DNA of 55,111 nt from Paraglomus brasilianum (lineage: Eukaryota): positions 1-55,111 of the forward strand of contig CAJVPI010000096.1 in assembly GCA_910592345.1 (NCBI GenBank), read 5' to 3'. The notes under the pieces are model-generated. The model had not been told where the DNA came from and made no database searches. It saw only the letters and a list, made by a program, of their open reading frames with translations. Position 1 is the first letter of the stretch, and the number at the start of each line of letters is the position of its first letter. A program made the position numbers and the translations under genes. Below, one piece after another: positions 11,931 through 25,658 of the stretch.

Positions 11931-14189
11931 CCGTCTAGTGCATAGTGGCTCTAATTTATATTAACTAGTATTCAATATTAAACAATACTTGCTGTATTTA
12001 CAAGTTGTGCAGCAAAACTTTTACTTACGCATCCGGTGTAAAATATGTGCCTTTGCGGTTACCCACCAACTCACAAACCCTAACAATATATACTGCATCT
12101 CGGATAGCTTTTTTGAGTTCGAAGAGTGTTCATCAGGTGAAAGATGAAAAATCATTGTAGAAAATAGGAACGCTCTTAGTAGAATAGATAAAAAAATTTT
12201 ACACTGCGAATAATTGACATTTTCCTAGTCGATGAGAGCGAAGAATTGAACCACCTTGCTAGTAATACCATTAACGTCGAAGAAGGACCCAGAGGCAGGT
12301 ATTTTACTGAAGAAAGATGCGAGCTAATATATGGTATTGAGAGATTGATTATTGGTACTGTTGCTGTTAGTATTACTCTACCACTGAATATAGTATTTCC
12401 CCTCAATTAGACCGGGTACAAATCTGTTTTCGTAGTAGCGATACACAAAAAAATTATTATTAATTTTATCATCGGATTAACAATGACAATTTCGATTATT
12501 CATTGACCAACTAACTCGATTAAGCATTATAGAACATTTTATAGCCAAGCTTTATGATTGGCCTACCAACGGGAATTATATCGTATCAGTTGTCAATAAA
12601 TAGTACACGAAGTACCCCGGTTTGCTACAAATAATATACTTATTATCAATCCAAAACATTTTTGTGATAGTTGACATTAAAAGGTTCGATACTGTGATTC
12701 GGAGGGCCGACGCGTAGCGATGCCAAGTTAGTTAACGCATGTTCTCATCCCAAAGATAAATTTTATGTGTTTACAGCCAGAGACAATACTAAGGGAAGAA
12801 ATTCGAAAAGCCTCCAGAAGAACAAGGATTTTCAGATCTCAACAATCAAAAAAGTTTTATCTAGTGTACATTCAAACCCCAAGCTTATCCCACATATCAG
12901 GTATATGATGGTAGCAATTTGAAGTTCAGAACAGAGCGTAATCATTTGCGACTAGTTGTCTCCAACGATAACAAGTATTATCATTATTGTAAAATTTTTT
13001 ATATTGTAATAAATAAGCTTGTATACGCTGAAAAGCACAATTTTTTAACTCGTAAATAAAAAACGCAAGTGTATGCGGCGCTTGGTCCAATGCAGTCGTT
13101 ATTCGAATAAGCAAGGTGCGTATAGATTTCAAAATATGTTATATAGCCATTGTGATGTGCGTTGTGAATAAAGAATACTAAACAGCGTGTTATCATACTG
13201 TACGTGATCATTGTTCTAAGTCACATACATTAACCATTGCATAACACAATAAATAGCAAGCTATTTGTGACTTGAGTAGTGTTTGGCAAAGAGATACAGT
13301 ATATTTCGTGATTTAATAATATTATGTACGTGTGATAATAAAGCCAGCACAATATAATAGAATACGCTCGCTTAACAATAATTTTTGCCTTAATAATATT
13401 TTATGACATGTGTCATATCTAAATAGTGGTATTGCCTATAGTCAATCATTTTTCCAGTTGGAAATGTTTCAATTTTCGAGTTACGTTCCATACATAGTAT
13501 CTAACTTCTCTTCTGAATATAATAAAGAAGTATGGGTGACTTAAATAGAGTTACAGTTAGAACAATTGAATACACTTTGCATAATAATAAGTCAATGAAC
13601 AAATAAGCCATGCTTACATTATTGCTGATGTTAGCAATTCTATAACAGCTCATCTTCAGACAAAACCACGCATGGTAAAATGTATTCAATATCCGTATTG
13701 TATGTATTTCTTCAGTTGATGTTTTTATTGTCTAAAAATCAAGTGTTTATTATTATATTCATTATACAATTAAGACTGTAATATGTAATAAACAATACTT
13801 ATACATACTACAATTGTTGTTGTTGACTTCTCCCAATTTTTCAACAAAATGCAGAGTTTGTATTTATTTGGAGGTACTTGGAATATGGGTATTGTAAACT
13901 AATCCATATTTGTTTATTCTTACAACATTGCACAGTTGTATTGATAACTGTACACTCAGATCCATAGAAGAAATTTTACACATGTAGAGAAACGTTGCCA
14001 CTCGATGTTTCCCAACAAAAGACAAGTATCTCGCATTTCCAACCAGCACAATCTTTGGTATCATCCTGAACACAATGCGAATTTACAAAATCATGAATAA
14101 GTCTATTGCTATTATTATAACGTGACTAAGCAATAGAATTCTTAAAATTATGTGACTTACACGGAAAGATTTACCACGTGTCTTGCATA

Positions 14190-14630
14190 CAGTCATACCT
14201 CAGTTATATCCCCTTCAGTTATACCCTGCAACGCGCATGAATTTCCCCTATTCCAATTCCATATAAATATACCTCAGTTGTATCCCACTCAGATATAACC
14301 TCATATCCCGTTACATATTACACAAAAATCATGCCATTTCTATATATATATTTGTGCGAGATAAGTCGATCATTTGCTTCATTTGGTTAGGCGACAACGC
14401 AATAAAATCAGGCCATAAAATCAGGCGATAAAATTAGAATATAAATTATGCTAGAATAAAATGTACAGAATATATAATTAAGCGCTTAGATGAAGCAGTA
14501 GAATCAGACGTCACTAATGGAATTTATTAACCAATAAATTAAACACAATGACAATATTATCTATTGAAATGCTATACCTCAGTTGTATCCCACCTCAGAT
14601 ATATCCCCCAAAAATCCTGGGTCCCATACA
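14190..14630. mobile_element. Truncated pogo-type MITE (left TIR and internal subrepeats; right TIR missing)
   Basis: Starts TA|CAGTCATACCTCAGTTATATCCCC. The motif TACCTCAGTT(A/G)TATCCC...CTCAGATATA recurs at about 14270 and 14575. No inverted copy found. Confidence 0.55.
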
Positions 14631-14646
14631 TAATCGTAAATTCGAG

Positions 14647-14789
14647 CCAATAGGACTTTTGTTTAGAGAAAAATAAATTTAATATCAAGCCAATCAAAAA
14701 CGAATGGGTATCTTGAGGCCCAGCGTAGCGAAACAGAGTCGAAGAATTTGGAAAACCCACTACACCAGTTGGCCTGTTAAGATGATTGG
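14647..14789 (+). promoter_or_regulatory. Cluster of three CCAAT boxes upstream of the uORF/EOS1 unit
   Basis: CCAAT at 14647 and 14690, ATTGG at 14785, lying 100-240 bp upstream of ATG 14886. Confidence 0.4.
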
Positions 14790-14885
14790 ATTATTGCTCT
14801 GCCAAAAATATTTTATTGCGACATAACAACTGGCTCAAGAAAAGAGAGCCAGCGAACACAGTAAACCAACTACGTTTTAAAACGA

Positions 14886-15337
14886 ATGGATATCTTGAAC
14901 GGGCCAACCCACCTTGTTGCTTTGGTGGTCGGTGAGTCAAGTCTGAGATTTAGAAAACTGCGGGGGAAGACGAGTGGACAGTCTTGATCGTATTGTACAG
15001 TAGTAACAATATGTGATCCATAGATACATACCAGTATGTATATCGAAAATCCTTATCTGAGGCTGGAGCCCTAAAATGGGTAAGCGTAAATAAAACTGAA
15101 AATAGTAGCGACTTTCTTTTACTTAATACCGAATAGAGTTTACTTATAGGGACAATGTATACCATTATTGTTTAGCCACTTATGTCTGATGATGCTGTAC
15201 AAGCCTGGCTTATCGATTTTCTATTTAATGTCAGAGATGAAGTTGTCGTTCATTCGATATCTGATACCAGAAGACCGACCTTAATTAGTTTTACAAGGGA
15301 CCCTAATAATGGACATCAAAACCGTATACGATATTGA
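14886..15337 (+). CDS. 87-aa spliced small ORF of unknown function that overlaps the EOS1 start; exons 14886-14931, 15024-15079, 15176-15337
   Basis: Two consensus introns (GTGAGT..TAG, 92 nt; GTAAGC..TAG, 96 nt) join three exons with no stop: MDILNGPTHLVALVVDTYQYVYRKSLSEAGALKWPLMSDDAVQAWLIDFLFNVRDEVVVHSISDTRRPTLISFTRDPNNGHQNRIRY*. Confidence 0.6.
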
Positions 15338-16239
15338 TCTGAAGGGTGTCATAACTTCGGTATGTAGTATTCGTGTGTTTGGCGAGCGAGCGAAAACCAT
15401 AAGTTTCGTATACGTGGCGTGTAACAAAAGGGGGTAAATGCTAGAATGTGTGCCTCAGAACTTGTATGTTTTATCCATCATCATTTATTCTTGGCACATA
15501 AGCGTATACTTAGTTTATTTCGTAAAATTTTCATCAGGTATCCACTCGCAATATAAAGGGCGTACTTAGAAAACGTCGTCTGCTATTATTCTCAGTACGT
15601 ACATTGAGTTTAGTTCCTGCATCGTATGCTTGCGTATCATTTGCCGAACGTGTATCGGCGGTTGACGATGAGTATGAGAGTTCTGGAGTGGTAGTTATAT
15701 GGCTTGAATATACGATTGCTTGCATGTGGGTGAGTGTGAATGTGAGAGTGATTGCGGTTCTGGTTAGGAAAGCTGAGTGTGTGTATTTGTACGAAGGTTA
15801 ACACATATTAACTATGTCATACGTTCGCCTCGGGTTTCAATACTTTCAATTCTAGTGCTTTCTAGCCAGTCTCTGGAGCTACTGGCTAAACGACTCACTA
15901 ACTCGTCGTTGGCTGTCCTACGAAGCAGGCGGTGCAATAAGACGCTTAGTCGTCTTCCAAGTCCTAAACTTGATTGCAACTATCTATGTAGCTTCTCGCT
16001 TTGGTTTCGATCAACCAATCTGGACATGGGTAGCGATCAGCTGCATCCTTGCTCTTTTCAACGCCTGTCAATGGTTATTCGCATCTACGCCCAAGTATCA
16101 AACACTTGTGGAAATTGAGGACCGTCGCCCTGCTACTGCCTGGAAAGATGTTAACAATTATATACTAGCACCGTTGGCTATTGCTACAGTCGTAACTACG
16201 CTTGCTGATCTTATAAAAGAAGTAATATTGAGACAGTGA
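15309..16239 (+). CDS. EOS1: EOS1-family (N-glycosylation) ER membrane protein, 208 aa; exons 15309-15359, 15538-15729, 15856-16239
   Basis: The spliced product has RTLSLVP ... LEYTIACMW|CFLASLWSYWLNDSLTRRWLSYEAGGAIRRL ... WVAISCILA, matching the EOS1 pattern EY.L..LWC..S.Y.S....D.L..RW...Y...A.I.R. Both introns are phase 0 with GTATGT and GTGAGT donors. Confidence 0.8.
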
Positions 16240-17222
16240 TTCTAATGTTGTTGAGGCAGCGTTGAGATATCCCCACCGTCCAGCCCCCAACAAGCGTGTC
16301 AGAAGCAGAGTCATACAGTAAGTCATACCCGCTCTCCCTCGAAGGACCTAGAACGTATACATGTGGTTTTTTTCAAACGGACTATTATGGCTATGCTGGA
16401 TCTCACAATGGTCGATTCAATGGATTAGATGCAAGGTGTATTAAGAATATCAGCCATATCTGTGAATGTCCATGAAGGAAAATGACATTAGGCTCTATCG
16501 GCGGAGTATGATGCAGCAAATCCTCGGTTCGTTGGTCATCATCATTTATCAATTGAGACTATATACTTGTTGCTGCATGCATCGTTGCTGAAAGAACGGG
16601 TATGCGGTAGTAACCGAACGTCCATTGAGATTGGAGTGATAGCATCTGTAGAAAAGGAACATTAAATAGAGACTTTTGGGGATGATATGTGTAATTATAG
16701 AATCAAGATTTGTTCGCCTACACTGTAGAATCTCGTTATAGAAAATTTTCTTGGTCTACTTACTAATCAACTGAAAATAAACTTCAATTCTCATTATTAT
16801 TATCCATCTCATCTTTTAATTGAAGCCCCAATTAATTGATCAGTTATTTTTAGTAAACGGCCGGCATTAAACTGTAACCAACCAGAGTGTGGCACAATAG
16901 ATCCCTTCGTCCTCGAGCCAGGGTAAATCTGGCCAATGTGCAGGAAAACCAGTTTACTCAAGCAGTGTAACCAATATAATTATAAGCATTTCCACTTTCG
17001 GGCTTTACAGATAATAACGGTGAACAGATTCAGAAGAATTGAGTGTTCATATGTGCCATTGTTTTTTTTTTTTATTGAATTAAATTTTATCTGATTATAA
17101 TCATGATAGCAATACGTTTCAACATATATTTATTAAAATATACAACAAAAAATTCCAAGTCTACCCACTATTATGAAAAAAAAAAGACCACTATCTCATT
17201 GTCCAATCCCATTGATATACAA

Positions 17223-17914
17223 TTACATAGCAAGAAGGACGACGAAAAACGAGACAAATCCAACTATCACTGTTGTCCATAGTATTCCGCCCAATCTTAT
17301 TGCCTCTCCCTTCTGTTGTAGTTGTGGATTTGGTGTGGCATATGTTCGAACACCTGTAACAACTTTGACCTCAGTTGTAGTCCTCGGCGGAACATACACC
17401 TCAGTTATAGTAACCTGACCATCAGCATTGGTAGTCATTACTGTTGACGTTGTTGCAGGAATAACAGAAACAATTGTTGTGGTTATCGTTTCAGTTGTAG
17501 TAACAAGAATCTCGTTCGAAGCAGCAGTTACTGTCGTAGTTGGTTTTGTTGATGATGATGTTTCTGGTACAACAGGGCTTGCACTAAAAAGAAGTTGATA
17601 AGATGTTTAGTAAATAGTTATTATTCCAATTATGCAATGTTATCGAGACTATTTACTTACGGGCAATCACCTCCACAACCAGAGACTTGAGGACTATTAT
17701 TAGAAATTGTGTTAGCATCACATCAAGAGATATTTGTTATTGACTACCAAGATACATACTCTTGTCTACGCAACACAGCAGCTCGACGCTCTAGTGGACT
17801 TAATGTTGATATAGTATGTGTTGGGGGTTTGAGTGCAAATATCAAAACTACAATGAAGATGAACAATATGAGGGGTTCCTTTATCTGCGGTCTTGTAGGC
17901 ATTCTTGTAGGCAT
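17223..17914 (-). CDS. Small secreted Thr-rich, GPI-like/C-terminally anchored protein, paralog A, 182 aa; exons 17914-17760, 17693-17661, 17583-17223
   Basis: Signal peptide (LILFIFIVVLIFAL), LRRQ, micro-exon DPQVSGCGGDCP, Thr/Val-rich stalk, hydrophobic C-terminus. Two phase-2 GT-AG introns. TATA at about 17970-17979. Confidence 0.85.
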
Positions 17915-19849
17915 TTTTGACGAAGACTTTTTTTTTAAAAAGTGGTAAGGCGGATTCGAGTTGGCATTCTATATATATACGAGTACAAGACAATCCGCAA
18001 CAACAATCAACAATAATGTTGTGTGATCGAAAATTTTATTGTTCGACCGAAATAATCTAGAAGTTCATTGACAATGATATGATAACAGTACTTAAATGTA
18101 GATAACCAGTTTTAGCATATCATAGCATTTGATGACGACACTGACGAAAGTAAATCGTTTGAGTTTGGTTAATAAACAACACATTCTTCTTGAGAGACTA
18201 AGCAGAAAATAGGGACTGCGAACTGCGGGTAGCCAATTAAGCCACACACGTCTCTCTAACCATAAATGAGCAGATGCATACAATACCGCCACTATTGTGT
18301 CTCGATTTGAAGCAAGGAGAAATTCTCCCAATTATGTGTTACGTATTACTTTACTTGTACCTGAATTCTAAAGTTATGGAAATATCCCCCGTTATTAATA
18401 CAAGTCTTTAGAAGAAGAAGAAAAAAAAGAAGAAGAGAACCGCTTGCTTCAACACTTAGCTTGTAATCAACAGCGCTTTGCAGACAATCGCTAATTCTGC
18501 TCTGTCCCTGATTCTGCGCACAGAACAAAGTATCGTTATCCTTTCTGCAGATAGGGGGGAAGTGTGTTTGATAATGAGTGGAGTTTAGATAAAAATAATC
18601 GATAACTCAACTTATGTCTACAATGTCGATGCGCTAGTATAGTTAGTATATATTCACCTAATCGGTGTTCCGGATTACAACGACACAGAAAAAAGGGGGA
18701 AATGTACAATTTAACAAATTGGGTCAATTGTAGAAACTGCGGTTAGTTTAAGGTTGCACGATCTGTAGCCATGACATGCTATGCGCATAGCCTTCTCTAT
18801 AAAAAAGTGCGTCTCAAAGTATTTATATCTGCCGATGTCTTATTAATATCTTCCCACATGCTTGACCGCTGTCAACCGGGACGATTGAGTTGAAGAGTGT
18901 AGTGCAGTCGACGCTTGTATGTTTTGCCAATTTGGCAATGGGAATAATTCGCCACATTAATAATCAATAATTACACATCTTATAATTATTTATAGTAACT
19001 CGTTTACATTTGTCTTAAAAAGTTTTCACAATAAGAAGCCTTGGCACTCATGTGTAACTACTGTTCTATATTGTAGAATTATATGTCGGGGGGAGGAGGA
19101 AAACGCCCGCTTTGCCATTGAGAAATTGCCGTTTTGGCAACAGGTGAGACAATGAGGTGAGCGTCACACAATTTTGGAGTTAAAGTTGACTGAAGCATGC
19201 AAATGTTCAAGGTGTACCAATAAACTCCATCGATTTGAGTGATAACATCATCGGGGCAATCGCAAAAAACGTTGATGCAAGATTCAAACATATGTTTTTG
19301 CTCGATCCTGCATATCGTTACGGCCAATAAAAGAAAAATTATCATCACTCTCTGAAACCGAACGATTGTATTTTTAATTACTAAGCGTTACGATATTCTT
19401 TGTCAAACTCGAAACAAGCCTTTGTTCTATAGACAAAAAACACAAACATACACACACGTAATTTACAGTGTTGGGCTCACAATACTAATTAGACTATATA
19501 AGGATTGTGGCACAACGGGTTTACCTCGGACTAGCAAAAGACCGAAAAGAGAGTAAGTGTATTAGTATATCAAATATTATATAAGAGAACACTTCGAAAT
19601 GTAAGACAATAATTCTCTTCCAGATTGAAGAAAACCAATTCACTTGAGTAAACCTTTTAAAGTAATGAGTGTCTAAATGCGAATGATGATGATAAGAGGA
19701 TTAGAAACACGGTAAAGGATACTTAATATGGTAACAACTACCATAATTATCCGACTATTATTATCGTGGGAGAGATCACACACTTAGACCAGTTTTCTCT
19801 ATAAGGAATTGATCTATTTATATCGTCTATTTATATCACATGTTAACGT

Positions 19850-21213
19850 GAACCAAACCGGTACTGATAATCATACTCTACTATTACGTCTTCACCAATC
19901 TCTGGATTTTTTTGGGGTGCTCTTCATTCAAACTAATTCTGGCATTACAACTAAGTTTTTAGCAAGGAAAAACTGCTTTTTTATTTCATTGACGGCTTTT
20001 CTTTGCTCAGTAGTCATTACATCTTTTTCCTCCCTGATAATCAGGGTCCATCTCATCCTTCGCCTATCACCGGCATTAAAAAAAAAACTTACTCAATATA
20101 TACTTAATGGCATAAGTTTCACTTGAACCTTTGGGTCGACATAACTACCTGCCGCTCAAAAGGTTTCGGACGAATATTTTCATACAAAGGTATTGCAAAT
20201 AAAACGTCTTGAATCATTATTATTAGAAGAGAACGCTTTAATAATAGTAACACTTGCTTCTTGTAAAGGCATCTAACTGTAAACATAACAAGCATTCATA
20301 AAAAAAAAAACAACTTTCAAATAAGTTCTTACAACAAGCTAGACCATCAATTAAGTTGTTGTATAATTGTAACAATACAGTGTGTATGTAACTTTTTGTT
20401 ACTTGCATTTCACAGTGTTAACAAATACCCTGCATTAATTAGCATTCTTTTTCAATAATGTTTATACATAATTTTTTCCTTCTTTAGATATTAGAGTAGT
20501 AGCATCATAAAATTCGTTCTATCCATGGATAATATAATTGTCATCAATGTTGAACTGTTGCATGTCAGTTTGGAATTGGCAATTTTACCTCAAAAAAAGA
20601 AATTTTATATAGGAACTTAAGATTGTTTCCTTTTACATAATTATAAAATACATCTGCCCGGGTTTGTCTTCTATTCAATAACTTTTAACTGACATACAAC
20701 AATATTGATAACGACTTAAGTATCAATGCTATGTATGTACATAATTTGCATTTAAAATTAATTTGCCCGTAATAATACTGTATTATTACTACTTCATTGG
20801 TTTCATATTCAGTAAATCTCTTAAATTGTTCGAGACATTATTATAGGTATCCGAACGTCAATTTTAGATACAATATAACTTTATCACGCAAGACTTATAA
20901 CTAGATTCTTTTCGTAGTGCATTAACCTATGCTTACTAAAAAGACTAGTGCAATGCTTGTGCAAAACGAAGACCAGTCCAGGTTATTACGGTTCTATTAG
21001 TGTAACATAAAAAACAAACACTAAAAAAAAAACAACATACAAAACACGCGCATACACGTACGTTAGTACCTTTTTTCTCTTCTTCTTTGAGTTTAACCCT
21101 TTTCACAATTTAAGGTTACCGGGTTCTTGACCCAACCCATAATTACTTTCAAAGACATTCTCAGATAGAGCACGCCTTCGTCAACGCTTGTCTCACTTCG
21201 ACGATTGTCGCCA
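19850..21213 (-). pseudogene. Possible decayed multi-exon gene relic
   Basis: ATG at about 21213 after an A-run. Several GT..AG-bounded segments contain in-frame TGA, e.g. RRFICNTFV*KYSSETF*AAGSYVDPKVQVKL. No intact frame and no family recognised. Confidence 0.2.
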
Positions 21214-22882
21214 TTTCTTTTTTTTTTTGTTAAGTGTTTGATGGGAATATGTGCTGTCTAATACCGTAATATACTGATCAGCGGCTTAATATCTATACAT
21301 CTTTAAGAAAATACGAGTAAACTAAAGTACTTGTTTACTTCGGCAGATTAATCATAGTTTTCTTTAGTTGTTTTGTATAATTAATTAAGTTTATACTCTT
21401 CTTACAGTAGAATCAATAAAATAACGGAAATAATAATTCCCACCCAACTTTTGGAGATTCACAAAAAAGTCTATACCAAAGTAGTGTATGTTTCGCTTTC
21501 TTTAACAGTGCTTGTGTTATGAATAGATCCATTGCGACTAGTGTTCTCAGTTTTTATATACTCCTAATTTCCATAACCAAACCCTTCCTAGTACTGATAA
21601 AAGTTTCGTTGGTATTTTCAGGAATTAGGCCAATTCTCAATTTCAAAAATATTGCCGTTTCGAGATTTAGAGGTTTCCATTATCTTGTTCTACCAAAAAA
21701 ATAAAAGGGTGGAGAGGTAACGTAGAAAGATGTAACTAAAGTTGTATATTCTGTAGATATAGAAAATTTTCAACTTTGCTCTTTTTTTTTATGGCTCACT
21801 ATTTTCAATGTGGTATTCACCTTTTTTGTGCTTTTCTATTATCTAAATGCTAGCTAGCCTTTCAGCATTGAAGAGTATAAGTTAATTGTATGGGTTTACT
21901 ATAATCAGTGGCGAAACCAATTGAGCATATAATTTTTTTTAGAAAAAAAAAAAGCTAACAAACCAAATTACTAGAAGCGGTTGAGAACAGTATAGAAATT
22001 TGGCGTCGATTTAATCACTTTTTTAATTAACATTCTTTGACTAAAAGTTGTCGCTAATAATGCGCAGTTTTATTCTTGTGCGTTGTTGTTGCTGAACAGA
22101 AATGTCTATGCTAAAATAAGCTGGATAAGCCGGGTTACTAACATCTGATTGTGGATTGAACGGATGCTGAAGCCTTACTTAGTATGTTATTTAATTAAAT
22201 AATTTAGCACAACATAGAATCATAAATTTATACTATACCTTAACAATATGAGTATAAAGAGCTTCGTTCTGGCATGGACATGCAGGCAAAATTACGTTAG
22301 AGCCAAGTTTGAGGGGTTTTCGTCTGGGTGATGTTTTTGTCAATGCGTTAAACCATTCCTTTTCTTCAATGTTGCTGATTTAGAATGAGAATTCGTAAGA
22401 TTCTGTTATTTTCAATGTGAGTGCTAACAAGTTTTATTGTTGGACGTGAGTGCTCGTGCGCATGCTTCATATTCAGAGTAATAATTGGTCGTAGCAAAGT
22501 AGCCACATTGTATAAGGTAGACTAGGGCTCTGTTAATCATAAATACGCTGTCGGAGCTATTTATAATACAACAGACTTGCAAACTATGCAATTCAAAATT
22601 ATTTATCCATTTACGTATCATTTATTATTTCAAAACAAATTATTAAATTATCTTCAAATAACTACACAAACAAACATTCATTACCAGCTTCTACATATTA
22701 TTTAACCTTTTGGTCCCATCTATTAATGCAACTTGCAGTAAGTAGTCTCTGTAATACATGCGCCCAATTAATATTATAAATGACATGAGAATGTCTGCGG
22801 AGGGTTAAAGTTCGTATTGTCATTATGTTCTCTAATAACGTTTGAGCTCCTTATTATAATAATTGTTGTTGCTTCCAATAGT

Positions 22883-23390
22883 TTACATGAAAAATGTAAA
22901 GAACGACGCAACTATAATCAAGGCAGCCATCCATACTTCTCCTCTCACTCTCATGGCTTTACCCTCAAATCCTGAAATAACCGTGGGTGTAGGTTTTGCA
23001 GTCACGACAACTACTGTTGTATGTTTACTGTGTAAGAAAACATATATTATATTAGTATTTGTTGACAAAATAACCAAGCAAACCTGCGCGAATACATTAA
23101 TATTATTTATTTACGGGCAACTATCTCCACATTGTGATGCATGGTATACCGGCGTTGAGTCACTAGATGTATTAGATATTGTTAGTAAATACTTTTTTTT
23201 ATTGCAATGGATATACAGGTTACTAATTACACTTTACGATTCATGACAGTATATTAGCTACTTACAAACCCCGTTTATGTAATCTTATTGAGGATTGAGT
23301 TGGTTTTTGTGCGGCGTAAATTACCAAAGTGATAAAAACAAATAAGAGAAGTGGTTTTGTTATTGTCCTTCGTGCGATGGTTCCTCTCAT
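22883..23390 (-). CDS. Small secreted GPI-like/C-terminally anchored protein, paralog B, 105 aa; exons 23390-23266, 23162-23115, 23027-22883
   Basis: MRGTIARRTITKPLLLFVFITLVIYAA..RLHKRG|FDSTPVYHASQCGDSC|PKHTTVVVVTAKPTPT..GKAMRVRGEVWMAALIIVASFFTFFM*. Same two phase-2 introns. TATATAAAT at 23443-23451. Confidence 0.85.
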
Positions 23391-25658
23391 TTTTAAAAAG
23401 TAATTCAGAAAATATTGTCGCTATTCGAACGATGATGAAGCAATTTATATAATTAAATGTTACGCAAAACTCATAAAACTTACCATAAAGCTAAACGGGA
23501 AAGCGTGATACCGTAAATGATTTAATAAAGGCTCCAAAGATGAGACAGATATCACCTCTCTATTGGGTATATTGAATGAAATCAAACTGAACGCCGCCGC
23601 TCATCGGTCGGTAATATGCCTGTATATGTATTTTGTTAAATAAATTCTTAAATCTGTGATACGATTAGCCCAAATCTAAATAATTTCCTATCACAATAAA
23701 TCAGTAAGAATAAGAACTGCAAACTTCTTTCCAAAACAAAATGGTAAAACGAAAAAGAAAAGAAAAATAGACATGTAGTTTATAGTGTAGTGCAACTGTT
23801 AATCAAATTATGGTCATCCTTTTTTTTTTCTTTAACATTTTGAACAGTGCCAAGCAGGGACGGGTAATCAGTGTGAGCAATGTTAATGATACATTATAAT
23901 TGTGTTATTATCATTTATTTGACCATTTCATTACCGCTGTATATTAGCTGCCATGTGTGGTGCCTGTACAATTAATAATCAAACAAGTCAACTAAACGTA
24001 CCTCTGTTGTATAAAATGTGACTACCTTGTTCGTTTCTCTATGTTTTAACTTGTGCTTTCTAAAAAACATATTGTTGAGGTTATCGGTGGATTTTGCTTA
24101 TGGGGTTTGCGCGTGTAACCTGGCCGTGATACTTTAATTATTTACAAATGATTACGGTGAAACAGGTTCTTGCATATGAGTTTTACACTATGCCGGTTGA
24201 TATTAAAGCAAAGAGCACATGCGGATTTCTCAGTCTGCTATGATTGTCTGCACAGTTGATGTCACGAGTATTTGTTTATTGAAACAAGGATCCCTAAGTT
24301 TAAAAGGTATACCGTGCGGACCATTTGTCATTACTCGGCATTCATACAGATGGTAATAACGGAAATTGCTATAATTAGCCAGTATTTATATGTTGATCTG
24401 ATCTGATCTTAACAGCTGTTGTACAATCAACTATACCATTATAACTATACCATATGTTTCTATCAATACCACAGATTAGTTGGTTGTTTAAAAAAGAGAA
24501 TGCACGAGTAATAGTCGTTGGTAGACGAACCACCGCTAAAAACTGCGCATACCGTAATTCCTTACTGGAGTAACCGTAGTAAACAATGAGACTAGCATAC
24601 AGGTTGAGTAAATATTATTTGCCGTTTTTAGAAGACGTTAAGGTTGTAGTAAACAATACCAAACCTACCAGAATTACACTTTAAAAGTCCGACAACCCTT
24701 CCTCTGTATGGTACGAATTAAAACAAGCACAATAGTGCTTTCCTGGTCAATAAATCTTAAAATTACTTGGATGGCTGAGCGAATAGGATCTGCAGGCAAC
24801 AAATCGGGTTACTTGACGCAAGTCTTCACGTTTCATGACTCACGTCTAATCAAAATCGATTAATTTATATAATTAATTTTATACAAGTCAATGGATAACC
24901 ACTCAAGTGGTATTACATGACATAATTTCTATGCAAAAGTCCATAATAATAATAATGCTAACATTCAACGACTAGATACAATGTGCTTGAGAATTCCATA
25001 AACAAATCAATGGTCTATAAGATTTTATTACACATTCTTCATCGGCATTCACCCATGCTCTCATTGTCTTTATCAGGTTATTGTCGAGCATTTAATGATA
25101 TCGTTCTCTTCTTTGGTACAGTTACACGTTGTCAGCCGGTAACTTTTATATTTTTAGTTATCAAATAATGAGGCGATGTACAACTTGAAGTTTGGGGAAG
25201 TGACTCCTTATTTGAACGTAAGACGAAATATAGGAAAAATCGTTTGATCAACAAATTGTCTTTGATACGTTTAATGTCGGACAAATAGTTGCACAACCAT
25301 GTCGTTTCATTTCATCGTGCAAGATATGAGTTGATTATATTAATGGTTTGTTTATATACCATATTTACCCAAGCTTTTGCCCTTGATGCATTCCACGTCA
25401 TATTCCATGATGTTGTCAGGCTGCTGTTAGTCACGAAACTCATTGGTTTAAGGAGAAAGGATAAACATGCAAGACGCCGTGGAAAAAAAAATTTTCCCCT
25501 GAAACATTTGATTAGTGGAACGTTTCTGGTATGACTAAAAGATAATAATTTTAGATTTTATTTTGATTAACTATCGATAATAAGATAAGTTATATACAAT
25601 TGTTCGAGAGAAGTACTTTTTAAATGCATAATGTCTTATTCGAAAGTCTCATTGTCCT

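Noticed and set aside
12680..14100. Scattered exon-like segments and 60-70 aa ORFs
   Set aside because: Could not be assembled into a consistent reading frame.
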